Shown here one piece after another: positions 31,953 to 42,078 of a stretch of 64,000 nt of DNA; position 1 is the stretch's first letter, and every line of letters begins with the position of its first letter. The notes beneath the pieces were generated by a model. The model had not been told where the DNA came from. It saw nothing but the letters and a program-made list of their open reading frames with translations, and did not search any database. This DNA comes from an uncultured virus (IMG/VR IMGVR_UViG_3300016471_000493) (Duplodnaviria; Heunggongvirae; Uroviricota; Caudoviricetes), in the IMG/VR virus record IMGVR_UViG_3300016471_000493. The stretch is one strand, 5' to 3'. The position numbers and the translations under genes were made by a program.

Positions 31953-32198
31953 TCAAATCAGTTTTTTGTATTTAAATACTTTAGCAATTTTTGTATTAAA
32001 AAAATTACCTTGAGACTCAGCTAACCTAAATTGAGCATATATTTTATGAGGTACATTTTCATATGAATACCTCGTACCATTTTTGAATTCAACCACCAAA
32101 CTACTATCACTAGTGTCGTATTCCGATCGAATTAAATTCGATGATTGAATTTCATTTATAATTTTGGTACCCTCGATTGTTTGTTTTAAAATTCCCAT
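31953..32198 (-). CDS. KTSC-domain protein
   Basis: SSNL...YD....LVVEFKNG.RYSYENVP......AESQGNFFN. Confidence 0.88.
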   Translation of the reverse strand: MGILKQTIEGTKIINEIQSSNLIRSEYDTSDSSLVVEFKNGTRYSYENVPHKIYAQFRLAESQGNFFNTKIAKVFKYKKLI

Positions 32199-32210
32199 AT
32201 TTCTAAAATT

Positions 32211-32242
32211 AAAAGACCGACCTTTCAAGGGGTCGGTCTTTT
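32211..32242 (-). terminator. intrinsic terminator after dnaK
   Basis: AAAAGACCGACC-TTTCAAGG-GGTCGGTCTTTT hairpin. Confidence 0.85.
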
Positions 32243-32264
32243 ATAAATATACTGACATTAATTT

Positions 32265-34133
32265 TTACACTTCAGTATACTCGATATCTTGAACTTCGTT
32301 ATCTGAAGTTTCATTATCATCGTTAGGTTTCATAGTCGAATAAATTTCATTTGAAATTTCTGTAAAAATTTTATTTAAGATTTCTGAATATTCTTTACAG
32401 TTTTCTTCATTTCTTTCTGAATAAGCATCTTCTAAATTTTTAAGGGCTTCATTCAATTTCAAAGATTGTTCTTCAGTAAATTTATCTTTCCATTCTTCCA
32501 TATTTTTCTTTGTATTAAATATTTGAGAATCACATTGATTGAATAGCTCAACTCTCTTTTGGGCTAGCTTGTCTTGTTCCAAATTTTCTTGTGCTTCTTG
32601 TTTCATTTTTTCAATTTCCTCTTTAGTCAAAGAAGATCCTCCCTCAATTCTTATTTTGTTTTCTTTTCCTGACGCTTGATCTTTTGCGGTTACATGTAAA
32701 ATTCCGTTAACATCAATATCTATTGTAACTTCAATTTGTGGTACTCCTCTAGGAGCTGGTGTAATACCTTCTAAGAAAAATCTTCCTAGTGAACGATTGT
32801 CATTTGCCATCGGTCTTTCACCTTGTAATACGTGAATATCTACTGTTGGTTGATTATCGATTGCTGTCGAAAACGTTTGTTGTTTTTTGATTGGTATTGT
32901 GGTATTTGCCTCAATAATTTTTGTCATTACACCGCCCATTGTCTCAATACCAAATGAAAGCGGGATTACATCTAAAAGTAATACATCATTAACTTCTCCA
33001 GTAATTACGGCTCCTTGAATTGCGGCGCCTAAAGCCACAACTTCGTCAGGATTTACTGATTTATTAGCTTTTTTACCAATAAAGTTTTCAACAGCTTCTT
33101 GAATCGCAGGAATACGAGTAGAACCACCAACTAAAACCACTTCATCAATATCTGAAGGTTTAAGATTGGCATTTTTTAAGGCTTTTTTTGCACAAGTAAT
33201 TGTTCTATTTACTAAATCTTTTGTTAACTGTTCAAATTTACTTCTTGACAAAGATTTAACAAAGTGAATGGGTACATTATCACTCACAGAAATATATGGT
33301 AAATTAATTTCACTTGATAATGAAGAAGACAATTCAATTTTAGCTTTTTCAGCGGCTTCTCTAATTCTTTGAAGGGCCATAGGATCTTTATTAAGATCAA
33401 TGTTATATTCTGTTTTAAATTCAGATGCCATCCATTCAATAATGGCATTATCGAAATCATCACCACCTAAGTGAGTATCACCATCAGTGGATTTAACCTC
33501 AAAAATACCATCTCCAATTTCCAAAACTGATACATCATGAGTACCACCGCCACAGTCGAACACAAGAATTTTTGAGTCTTTAGATTTTTTATCCAAACCA
33601 TAAGCTAGAGCTGCGGCTGTAGGCTCATTTATAATTCTTTCAACTTTAAGACCAGCAATTTCACCAGCCTCCATTGTTGCACTTCTTTCTTGGTCTCCAA
33701 AGTATGCCGGTACAGTAATAACCGCTCTTGTAACCTCATATCCTAAGTAATCTTCGGCTGTTTTTTTCATTTTTTGAAGAATCGTTGCAGAAATTTCTTG
33801 AGGGGTGTATACTTTATCATCAATTTTTACACCAACTAGTCCGTTTGAAGTCTTTGTGGTTTTATATGGAACTTTTTTAGATTCAGATTTACATTTATCA
33901 AAATCTTTACCAATAAATCTTTTAATTGAGTAAATTGTTTTTTCAGCGTTGGTTATTGCTTGTCTCTTTGCTGGATCACCAACTTTTCGATCTTTATCAG
34001 TAAAAGCAACAATTGATGGAGTGGTTCTTTTACCTTCTGAATTGGCAATTACTAAAGGTTGTCCTCCTTCAATAATAGCTACTGCTGAATTTGTGGTACC
34101 TAAATCAATACCGATAATTACATTTTTATTCAT
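32265..34133 (-). CDS. dnaK: Hsp70 chaperone DnaK
   Basis: [41 protein letters not shown]; start set at MNKNVII. Confidence 0.97.
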   Translation of the reverse strand: MNKNVIIGIDLGTTNSAVAIIEGGQPLVIANSEGKRTTPSIVAFTDKDRKVGDPAKRQAITNAEKTIYSIKRFIGKDFDKCKSESKKVPYKTTKTSNGLVGVKIDDKVYTPQEISATILQKMKKTAEDYLGYEVTRAVITVPAYFGDQERSATMEAGEIAGLKVERIINEPTAAALAYGLDKKSKDSKILVFDCGGGTHDVSVLEIGDGIFEVKSTDGDTHLGGDDFDNAIIEWMASEFKTEYNIDLNKDPMALQRIREAAEKAKIELSSSLSSEINLPYISVSDNVPIHFVKSLSRSKFEQLTKDLVNRTITCAKKALKNANLKPSDIDEVVLVGGSTRIPAIQEAVENFIGKKANKSVNPDEVVALGAAIQGAVITGEVNDVLLLDVIPLSFGIETMGGVMTKIIEANTTIPIKKQQTFSTAIDNQPTVDIHVLQGERPMANDNRSLGRFFLEGITPAPRGVPQIEVTIDIDVNGILHVTAKDQASGKENKIRIEGGSSLTKEEIEKMKQEAQENLEQDKLAQKRVELFNQCDSQIFNTKKNMEEWKDKFTEEQSLKLNEALKNLEDAYSERNEENCKEYSEILNKIFTEISNEIYSTMKPNDDNETSDNEVQDIEYTEV

Positions 34134-34170
34134 AATTTTTTTATTTTTTTTGTTTATTTTAAATAAATAA

Positions 34171-34242
34171 GAACAAATAACATACCAAATCACAAAATAA
34201 GTCATTATGTCATATAAAATTTAATTAATATGACAATTTGAC
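34171..34242 (-). promoter_or_regulatory. possible sigma54-type promoter for dnaK with upstream inverted repeat
   Basis: Minus strand TGGTATG-TTAT-TTGT (34187-34173); GTCATTATGTCATAT...ATATGACAATTTGAC inverted repeat at 34201-34242. Confidence 0.4.
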
Positions 34243-34246
34243 AAAG

Positions 34247-34278
34247 ATTGTTTTTTTTTCAATACGTCATTATATTTG
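34247..34278 (+). promoter_or_regulatory. Bacteroidota-type promoter for clpC
   Basis: ATTG-N20-TATATTTG (34271-78), ending 13 nt before ATG 34292. Confidence 0.6.
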
Positions 34279-34291
34279 TAAAAAAAAGACA

Positions 34292-36301
34292 ATGATTGAA
34301 TCAATGGATGAAAACGAAAAAGAACAAGAAATTCGTAAAAAAAGTGTAGGAACTCCAGTATTGGATAATTTCAGTAGAGATTTGAATAAACTTGCATCTG
34401 AAGGTAAATTGGATCCTGTTATTGGTAGAGAAGTCGAAATTACTCGAATTGCTCAAATTCTTTCTCGTAGAAAAAAAAATAATGCAATTATCATAGGTGA
34501 ACCAGGGGCCGGTAAAACCTCTATAGTAGAAGGTTTGGCAATTCAAATTCATGAAGGTAAATGTCCGAGAAATTTAAGGGATAAACGAATTGTAAATTTG
34601 GATCTCACTTCAATTGTGGCAGGAACTAAATATCGTGGTCAATTTGAAGAACGTATGAAGGCAATTTTAGAAGAAATTGCTGAGAATCTAGATGTAATTA
34701 TTTTTATTGATGAAATTCATACTATGATTGGCGCTGGGAATTCTTCAGGAGCTATGGACGCCTCAAATATATTAAAACCTGCGTTATCTCGAGGCGAGAT
34801 TCATTGTATTGGTGCGACGACATTTGATGAATACCGACAACATATTGAAAAAGATGGAGCTTTAGAAAGAAGATTTCAAAAGGTTGTTGTTGACCCACCT
34901 TCCAAATCAGAAACTCTTCAAATCATTAAACAATCCAAAACAAGATATGAAGATTTTCATAAAGTAACCTACTCGGATGAGGTTTTGGAGCTGTGTGTAA
35001 ATTTGGCAGATCGATATATTACGGATAGAGAATTCCCGGATAAAGCTTTTGATATCTTGGATGAAGTAGGTTCAAAATCACAAATTGATGTCAAATCTCC
35101 ACCGATTATTGAAAATCTCAAGAACAAAGCCGCAGAGATCAAAAAACAAAAATTAGATGTTGTAAAAAAACAAGATTACGAAAAAGCCGCAGATTTAAGA
35201 GATGCCGAAAAGAAAATTTTAGATAAATTAGAACTTGAAAAAAACAAATTCGAACAAGAACTTCTAATGAACAAAAGACCGATTGATGTTGATGTGGTTT
35301 TGGATGTAGTATCTAGTATGACTAAAATACCTTTAAATCGGTTAACTCTTGACGATAAGAATGGTTTATCTAATCTAGAATTAGAATTATCTAAAAAAGT
35401 GATAGGTCAGAGTGAGGCTGTCACAAAAATTTCAAAATCTATTCGTAGAAATAGATTAAAATTCAAAGACCCAAATAAACCAATTGGTTCATACATTTTC
35501 TTAGGAGCGACAGGTGTCGGAAAGACACATTTAGCAAAACAACTTGCCGAACAAGTTTTTGGTTCTTCTGATGCTCTAATTAGAGTTGATATGAGTGAAT
35601 ATCAAGAAAAACATACTGTATCTAGATTAATTGGTGCTCCACCAGGTTATGTTGGTTACGACCAAGGAGGACAACTTACTGAACAAGTAAAAGCAAAACC
35701 ATACTCACTCGTTTTATTTGATGAAATAGAAAAAGCTAACAAAGACATTTTTCATACACTTCTCCAAATGCTCGATGAAGGACACATCACCGATGGCTTA
35801 GGTAGAAAAATTAGTTTTAAAAATTGTTTGATTATTATGACCTCAAATATTGGGATCAAAAAAATTCAAGATTTTGGAACAGGAATTGGATTTACAACAA
35901 ATAGATACGCTGAAGAGGAGAAAAAGAAATCGATTCTTAAATCTGAAATGAAAAAATATTTTCAACCAGAATTTCTTAATCGTATTGATGATGTAATTGT
36001 TTTCAATTCATTGGGAAAAGAAGAGGTAAAAGAGATTGTAAAAATCGAAGTCACAAAACTAACAAACCGTCTGAAAAGTTTGAAAATTAATATAATTTGT
36101 CAAGACTCAGTTATTGATCACATAGCCGAAGTTGGTTTTGATGAAACATATGGTGCTCGACCAATAAAAAGGGCTATACAAGAAAAAATCGAAGACCTAG
36201 TCTCCGAAAAATATCTCTCAGGAGATATTGTAGAAGGTAAAAATTATTACTTAAATTTTAAAGAAGAAGAGATTAGAATATCAACAAAAAAAGGGACTTA
36301 A
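34292..36301 (+). CDS. clpC: ClpC-type AAA+ unfoldase lacking the N-terminal Clp-repeat domain
   Basis: LDPVIGR, GEPGAGKT, FIDEIH, UVR-like QDYEKAADLRD, GATGVGKT, GIGF ClpP-docking loop, GARP. Confidence 0.9.
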   Translation: MIESMDENEKEQEIRKKSVGTPVLDNFSRDLNKLASEGKLDPVIGREVEITRIAQILSRRKKNNAIIIGEPGAGKTSIVEGLAIQIHEGKCPRNLRDKRIVNLDLTSIVAGTKYRGQFEERMKAILEEIAENLDVIIFIDEIHTMIGAGNSSGAMDASNILKPALSRGEIHCIGATTFDEYRQHIEKDGALERRFQKVVVDPPSKSETLQIIKQSKTRYEDFHKVTYSDEVLELCVNLADRYITDREFPDKAFDILDEVGSKSQIDVKSPPIIENLKNKAAEIKKQKLDVVKKQDYEKAADLRDAEKKILDKLELEKNKFEQELLMNKRPIDVDVVLDVVSSMTKIPLNRLTLDDKNGLSNLELELSKKVIGQSEAVTKISKSIRRNRLKFKDPNKPIGSYIFLGATGVGKTHLAKQLAEQVFGSSDALIRVDMSEYQEKHTVSRLIGAPPGYVGYDQGGQLTEQVKAKPYSLVLFDEIEKANKDIFHTLLQMLDEGHITDGLGRKISFKNCLIIMTSNIGIKKIQDFGTGIGFTTNRYAEEEKKKSILKSEMKKYFQPEFLNRIDDVIVFNSLGKEEVKEIVKIEVTKLTNRLKSLKINIICQDSVIDHIAEVGFDETYGARPIKRAIQEKIEDLVSEKYLSGDIVEGKNYYLNFKEEEIRISTKKGT

Positions 36302-36312
36302 GTCCCTTTTTT
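36286..36312. terminator. bidirectional terminator overlapping the clpC stop
   Basis: AAAAAAAGGGAC-TTAA-GTCCCTTTTTT. Confidence 0.85.
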
Positions 36313-37131
36313 TTACCATCTAAATCCATTTGGTTCCATTAGGTGAGTTTTAAAACCTAGTGATTCAATCATTCGTTTAACTACCTCGATTGAATTATAA
36401 AGGTCATCCAATACAATATATTCATTTGCGGTATGATAATTATAATATCCACAAGAGATATTAATTGATGCTAATCCGTGTTTTAAAACCATTTGAGAAA
36501 CATCAGTATATGGGTGATACATATATTCAGAATCAGTCATCATTTCACAAATTATAGGATCTACACAACTAAAAAAATCTGAATCCCTTTTGAATAATCT
36601 TACACCACTACACACCTCTGAAACCATATAATTTTCAGGAGCATCGAGTTGAATGGTGTATCCAACATTTTTAAAAAATTCAGAATCACTTTTTTTTGAT
36701 CCATGACAACCTGTTTCTTCACTTACAAAAAATGCCGCTTTAACATGCGGTAAATCCATTAAAACTGTAAGAGCTCCGAAAATTCCACATTTATCATCGC
36801 CACCAATACCTGTTGGCATTCCTTGTGAGTTGAGACCTTTTAAACATGTTTTAGACCTTTGTTGTCTGTCTTTACCTATAAATTCTTGAACAATAATTTT
36901 GTCAACTAACGCGTGAACAGTATCGGTATGTGCAATTACACAAGGAAATACTTGGTCTGAAAATTTTTCAGAAGTTTTAGTAGCGTACACATTTCCATAA
37001 TTATCAATATAATGGGGTATGTTTTGTTCAGTAAGAAATTTATCCAAAAACTCTATCATCAAGTCTTCTTGATACGTTTTTGTTGGTACTGATAAAATTG
37101 ATTTCAATAATTCGTAATTTCGGTATTCCAT
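36313..37131 (-). CDS. M28/M20-clan zinc peptidase
   Basis: AHTDTVH, GGDDKCG, EETG, YHTANE. Confidence 0.85.
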   Translation of the reverse strand: MEYRNYELLKSILSVPTKTYQEDLMIEFLDKFLTEQNIPHYIDNYGNVYATKTSEKFSDQVFPCVIAHTDTVHALVDKIIVQEFIGKDRQQRSKTCLKGLNSQGMPTGIGGDDKCGIFGALTVLMDLPHVKAAFFVSEETGCHGSKKSDSEFFKNVGYTIQLDAPENYMVSEVCSGVRLFKRDSDFFSCVDPIICEMMTDSEYMYHPYTDVSQMVLKHGLASINISCGYYNYHTANEYIVLDDLYNSIEVVKRMIESLGFKTHLMEPNGFRW

Positions 37132-37139
37132 ATTACATA

Positions 37140-37170
37140 CAAATATAAATCAAAAATTTGACATTTCAAA
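37140..37170 (-). promoter_or_regulatory. Bacteroidota-type promoter for the peptidase
   Basis: Minus strand TTTG (37170-67), N19, TATATTTG (37147-40). Confidence 0.7.
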
Positions 37171-37188
37171 TTATAGTTGTATATTTAT
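37157..37188 (+). promoter_or_regulatory. tmRNA promoter
   Basis: TTTG-N19-TATATTTAT, ending 8 nt before the mature 5' end. Confidence 0.65.
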
Positions 37189-37196
37189 TTTAATTA

Positions 37197-37592
37197 GGGG
37201 CTAACAGGAATCGACTGGTTTCTACGGATCTGAAAGGGCATGACGGGGCTGAATTAACCTCGTAAAAACTGATTCAAAAAACTAAATGGCGATGTTTTCG
37301 CAAACATGGAGACTATCGGACTCTTGAAGACCGAAGTCGCGGTTGTAGCTTAATTGATACAATCACCAGGGGTTACGGACTGTACACCTTGCAACAGAAG
37401 TCCTAAAGGTGTGGTTTCTACCATAACAGGAATGGAGGATTTATTAAGTTTTTCCGTAATAAAACTTGATGTAGTTGTCGGAGACATTCATTTAAATGAA
37501 CCGTCTATTTGTTAGTTAAGAATAACTAAATAATCATGTAGACCTTTCGTGAAGTAATTCACAGGACGGTGGTTCGAATCCACCTAGCTCCA
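37197..37592 (+). ncRNA. ssrA: tmRNA
   Basis: 5' GGGGCTA pairs with 3' TAGCTCC+A including G3:U (Ala identity); T-arm GGTGG-TTCGAAT-CCACC; helix 2 GAAAGGGCATG/CATGTAGACCTTTC; tag frame 37288-37353; CCA not fully encoded. Confidence 0.93.
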
Positions 37593-37627
37593 CAAAAAAA
37601 ATTTCATATCCGATATGGAATTGTTTT

Positions 37628-37924
37628 TTAAAAACATCCAGCAAAAGGTATGTATTGGTTTTTTCCATGTTTTTGTAAAATTTGAACAACAACCTTACCA
37701 TCAATTTTAGAACTACCTTTTAAAAATTGTTTAAAATCTTCAACTGCTAGTTTAGCGTCCTTATCATTTTCTTTCATTAATAAGTGAATAAGTGTAACTA
37801 AACCACCAGTATAAGTTTTGGGACCGCCAAAACATTTTTCAGGAACTTGAACTTCAAGTTTTTTATTTTCTTCTCTAATATGTCTTTTAAGATTTTCTCT
37901 CAAAATTCTTTTTAAATCGTTCAT
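37628..37924 (-). CDS. putative internal head protein
   Basis: LKRILRENLKRHIREE leader. Confidence 0.55.
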   Translation of the reverse strand: MNDLKRILRENLKRHIREENKKLEVQVPEKCFGGPKTYTGGLVTLIHLLMKENDKDAKLAVEDFKQFLKGSSKIDGKVVVQILQKHGKNQYIPFAGCF

Positions 37925-38082
37925 ATTCTTAAATATCTGTAATTTCGGATTTTTTCTAAATTCTTGAAATTATTAAGAGTGTCCAAAATAATGTACATTT
38001 ATAATTAAAAATATTTTTTTTTGGACAAATTATTGATTAATTTATTTTTATGTGTATATTTATATTATAAACAAAATAAAAT

Positions 38083-38241
38083 ATGAAAAACTTACTTTTC
38101 TTGGCATTGACCGCCACCGCTCTTGTCTCTTGTCAAGAAGCGACAGAAGAAACAACTGTTGAAGAAACTGTTGTTGAGGAAACTACTGAAGTTGTCGATA
38201 CAACTGCAGTTGTAATTGATTCTACTCAAGTGAACGATTAA
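38083..38241 (+). CDS. small acidic lipoprotein (52 aa, absent from the ORF track)
   Basis: MKNLLFLALTATALVSC-QEATEETTVEE...; lipobox LVSC; own promoter (TTGATT-N16-TATATTTAT) and terminator. Confidence 0.8.
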   Translation: MKNLLFLALTATALVSCQEATEETTVEETVVEETTEVVDTTAVVIDSTQVND

Positions 38242-38264
38242 AAGTTAACTTGAAAAAATCAATT

Positions 38265-38292
38265 AAGTCCGAGGTATCTCGGACTTTTTTTT
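38265..38292 (+). terminator. intrinsic terminator
   Basis: AAGTCCGAG-GTAT-CTCGGACTT followed by a T run. Confidence 0.85.
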
Positions 38293-38936
<644 letters not shown>

Positions 38937-38937
<1 letters not shown>

Positions 38938-39563
38938 TATATTAAATATACTTGTAAAGAATTGGATTCAGTTAATAACTGATTTTTAAAATTTTGTGAA
39001 AAACTATTATTTTCTAAAATTTCATCAGGAATTTCTGAAAATACCCAACTTAATGATAGAAGTCCTATCAAATTTTTATTACTATCGTATATTGGTGCTG
39101 AACTAATTGCATAATTACCAAATGTTTTTAATAAACTTCTAGTTGGTAAATCTCTAATATCATCTTCAATATTAGTCGAAAACATAGACATATTAATTGT
39201 TTCAGATATGTACCAAGTATGATGTGAAACAAATACATTTTGGAATCTTTCAAACATTCTTTCTAAACCATCTGAACACCTTTCGAAGGTTATTGACACT
39301 TTTTGCATCGGAGCTTGTGTATAAAACATTCCTCCATTGTGAAATTGCATAATATAAATTCTATCTGCATTGTATTTCTTTCTTAATTCCTTAATTGTAA
39401 AATGAACAACTTCATCTTTTTGAATTTGTTTTACTAATTTACCCTGTGTTTTTTTTTCTTTAATCTTTTCAATCCAATTTTTGAAAAAACCAGCCGCAAT
39501 CAATGCTACAATAATTGATGTTGTAGAGGTAATAATAGTTGTAACAATGTTAATCCAACTCAT
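38937..39563 (-). CDS. N-terminal TM plus GAF-like domain (T4 holin T-like architecture)
   Basis: Single hydrophobic helix, then ADRIYIMQFHNG...SAPIYD...IGLLSL. Confidence 0.5.
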
Positions 39564-39600
39564 TTAACTAATCTATTTTAATTATTATATTTTTACAAAT

Positions 39601-39614
39601 TATAAATATTTATA
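39601..39614. promoter_or_regulatory. palindromic bidirectional ATATTTATA box
   Basis: TATAAATATTTATA between divergent genes. Confidence 0.55.
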
Positions 39615-39619
39615 ATGTA

Positions 39620-39874
39620 ATGAAACTACCATTATCCTTTGAAGATTATTTAAAAGATCCTCTGAAATACATCCAATTTATTTTGATTTTGGTCGTAGGA
39701 TATCTATGGATCGATAACAAAATGAATTATCAATCGAGGATTACAGAGTGCTCAACAAATGTAGAAAAATTAAGTACGGATGTAGAACAACTAAGAGAAC
39801 GATTAAGAAAGACTGATTCCACTTTAGCTAGAACACAAGGAATATTATCAGTTATTGACAAAGATTTGCAATGA
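39620..39874 (+). CDS. TM plus coiled-coil protein (i-spanin-like)
   Basis: FILILVVGYLW followed by heptad repeats. Confidence 0.45.
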   Translation: MKLPLSFEDYLKDPLKYIQFILILVVGYLWIDNKMNYQSRITECSTNVEKLSTDVEQLRERLRKTDSTLARTQGILSVIDKDLQ

Positions 39875-40242
39875 AAAAAATATTTTTATTTATAATATTA
39901 TTTTCTTACTCTTGTACAGAATTTGGTAAAACTAATTATGAATCTAAATTAGAAGAAATTGATTCTACAATTGTAATTGATACAAATGTCACTACAGTAA
40001 ATTTGGATAGTATCAACGAGGTATTAGACAAAATCGAAATGAAAGTGGAAAAAATTAAGTTAATAACTGAGGATAATGAAAACAAATCGGACTCTTTAAT
40101 TAAAGTTCGAAACCAAATCAAAATCAAAGAAAAAATAATCAAACAAAAAGAAAAAGAATGTTTGATTTTGATGATGAAAGACCATTATAATCGTTTGAAA
40201 TTAGTCGACACCGTCATCATAGACACTAATTTCGTTAATTAA
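39871..40242 (+). CDS. lipoprotein with coiled coil (o-spanin-like)
   Basis: MKKIFLFIILFSYSC; ATGA overlap with the previous gene. Confidence 0.45.
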   Translation: MKKIFLFIILFSYSCTEFGKTNYESKLEEIDSTIVIDTNVTTVNLDSINEVLDKIEMKVEKIKLITEDNENKSDSLIKVRNQIKIKEKIIKQKEKECLILMMKDHYNRLKLVDTVIIDTNFVN

Positions 40243-40935
40243 TTCATCTATAGTTGTTTGGTAAATTACTTCATTTTCAAAAATTTCCTGTCTTTCTCGA
40301 TATTCTAAGGCAATTTTTGCTGAGTCCAAATCTATCGAAAAATGGCCAGTACTTCCTTCGTTTTGCTCCCACCCACTGGCTGTATTATTTAACATTTCGT
40401 AAAGTAAATCATTTAGACTTGCGGACACATTTATAGATTTTTCTCCTTGTGTCATCAAATCTTGAATGTCACCATTATCACCCCAACCATCGAATGTTAC
40501 TATCCATTTTCCTGTATACCCAGCTTCTGTGTAATCTTCAAAAATTTCAAGAGTATCTGAAGATTTACTAAAATTTTTTGTTTTATAGACCGAATCGTTA
40601 AGATAGAAAAAACTATAATTCCCTATGACTATAAATTCATTAGATTTAAAATTAAAAAATACTACATACCCTGAAATATTTAGATCCTCAATATCAATTG
40701 AGTCATACATTTTTTGATCTAAATCAAGAATATTTTCACATAAAATTTTTATTACACTGTCTATTTGAAACGGATGACGTAATTTGGTATCTTCTCCATT
40801 TTTGTTAATACATTCACATTTATCTTGATTGTAAAAATCCAAACGACCCTCCTCTCCCACATTTACTTGTACTTCAATACATTTAGTTCCCCACCATTGA
40901 ATGAGTTTTGTTAATGCTTTTTTTGGATCTGGCAT
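40201..40935 (-). CDS. DUF6878-like protein, paralog A
   Basis: VTFDGWGDNG...GWEQNEGSTGHFSID. Confidence 0.65.
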   Translation of the reverse strand: MPDPKKALTKLIQWWGTKCIEVQVNVGEEGRLDFYNQDKCECINKNGEDTKLRHPFQIDSVIKILCENILDLDQKMYDSIDIEDLNISGYVVFFNFKSNEFIVIGNYSFFYLNDSVYKTKNFSKSSDTLEIFEDYTEAGYTGKWIVTFDGWGDNGDIQDLMTQGEKSINVSASLNDLLYEMLNNTASGWEQNEGSTGHFSIDLDSAKIALEYRERQEIFENEVIYQTTIDELINEISVYDDGVD

Positions 40936-40982
40936 ATTAGTAAATTTTTAATACAATAATTTTGATTTTGTAATCATACAGA

Positions 40983-41711
40983 TCAATCAACATCATCTTT
41001 TGAGTTAATTTCGTCGATTAATTCATCTATTGATGATTCATAAATAACCGTCTCCTCATTTTCTTCGAAATTTTCAGTGTAATACAGTTCGATTTGTTTT
41101 TTTGGTAAATTAATCATAAAATTTCCAAAACTCCCTTCATTTATTTCCCACCCTCCATGTTCACTTTCCAAAAAATCATATAATTCATTTTCCAATTCTG
41201 TGGGTACTTGTAATCTACGTCCATTAGAGTCAAGTAAAGTGTCTTCAATATATCCAGAGTCACCACTTCCATTAAAATCAACTTGACATATACCACGTGC
41301 TCCATTTCTTTCAAGATCATTAAATATTTCAATTAAACTCTCATTTTTTTCTACAGATCGTACATCTATCATTTCTTCGCCTTCTCTATAAAATGAATAT
41401 TGTACCTTTACAATAAATTTATTCGAATTAAAATTAAAAATTAAATCATATCTGTAGATGTTTGGGTCATCCACATCGATAGAATCATCTACTGTCGAAC
41501 GCAAATCACGAATATCATCGCAGAGAAACTCTATTACCTGTTGTATTTGAAACGGATGACGTAATGTAGTATCTTCTCCATTTTTTTTGATACATTCACA
41601 TGTGTCTGTATAATTTAAATAATAACCTTCGTTAACTTCAATTGTTACTTTATTACATTTGGTTCTCCACCATTGAATAAGTTTTGTTAATCTTTTTTTT
41701 GTATCTGCCAT
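40983..41711 (-). CDS. DUF6878-like protein, paralog B
   Basis: VDFNGSGDSG...GWEINEGSFGNFMIN; shares LTKLIQWW and LRHPFQI with paralog A. Confidence 0.7.
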   Translation of the reverse strand: MADTKKRLTKLIQWWRTKCNKVTIEVNEGYYLNYTDTCECIKKNGEDTTLRHPFQIQQVIEFLCDDIRDLRSTVDDSIDVDDPNIYRYDLIFNFNSNKFIVKVQYSFYREGEEMIDVRSVEKNESLIEIFNDLERNGARGICQVDFNGSGDSGYIEDTLLDSNGRRLQVPTELENELYDFLESEHGGWEINEGSFGNFMINLPKKQIELYYTENFEENEETVIYESSIDELIDEINSKDDVD

Positions 41712-41723
41712 GTTGATAAATAT

Positions 41724-42077
41724 CTAATCTTCCAATTCTAGTTTGGCAGTTCGCATAAACCACATTGGTTTTTTTTCCGTTTTGATAGCATCAATCCATT
41801 CTTTTGCTGTTGGAATGTAATTGTAACAATCTTCTAAAACGTGTTGTTCGCCAACATATCTCACATACACAACTTTTTCATCACTATTTACAAATGAACT
41901 TCCAAAAATTTTTTCCATTTCGAAAATCCCTTCACTATGATGTCTAAACATCCTATGCACTGAATGACCGACCCAGGATTTAGTTTCATCCAACCAATTG
42001 TGTAAATGAATATAATCCTCCCATTTACCACCGAATTTTTTTGCGGAAGATTTGGAATGTAAAATTGGGTGAGCCAT
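41724..42077 (-). CDS. DUF6915-like His-rich protein
   Basis: MAHP..H..SS.KKFGG..EDY..LH.W.DE.K....HRMFRHHSEGIF...GEQHV.ED. Confidence 0.75.
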   Translation of the reverse strand: MAHPILHSKSSAKKFGGKWEDYIHLHNWLDETKSWVGHSVHRMFRHHSEGIFEMEKIFGSSFVNSDEKVVYVRYVGEQHVLEDCYNYIPTAKEWIDAIKTEKKPMWFMRTAKLELED

Positions 42078-42078
42078 A

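Noticed and set aside
32265..36301. Bacterial chromosome or prophage boundary at dnaK/clpC
   Set aside because: Same composition and promoter motifs as the flanking phage genes; no integrase or bacterial operon context
37560..37594. Stand-alone tRNA suggested by GGTTCGAATCC
   Set aside because: It is the T-arm and acceptor end of the tmRNA, pairing with 37197-37203
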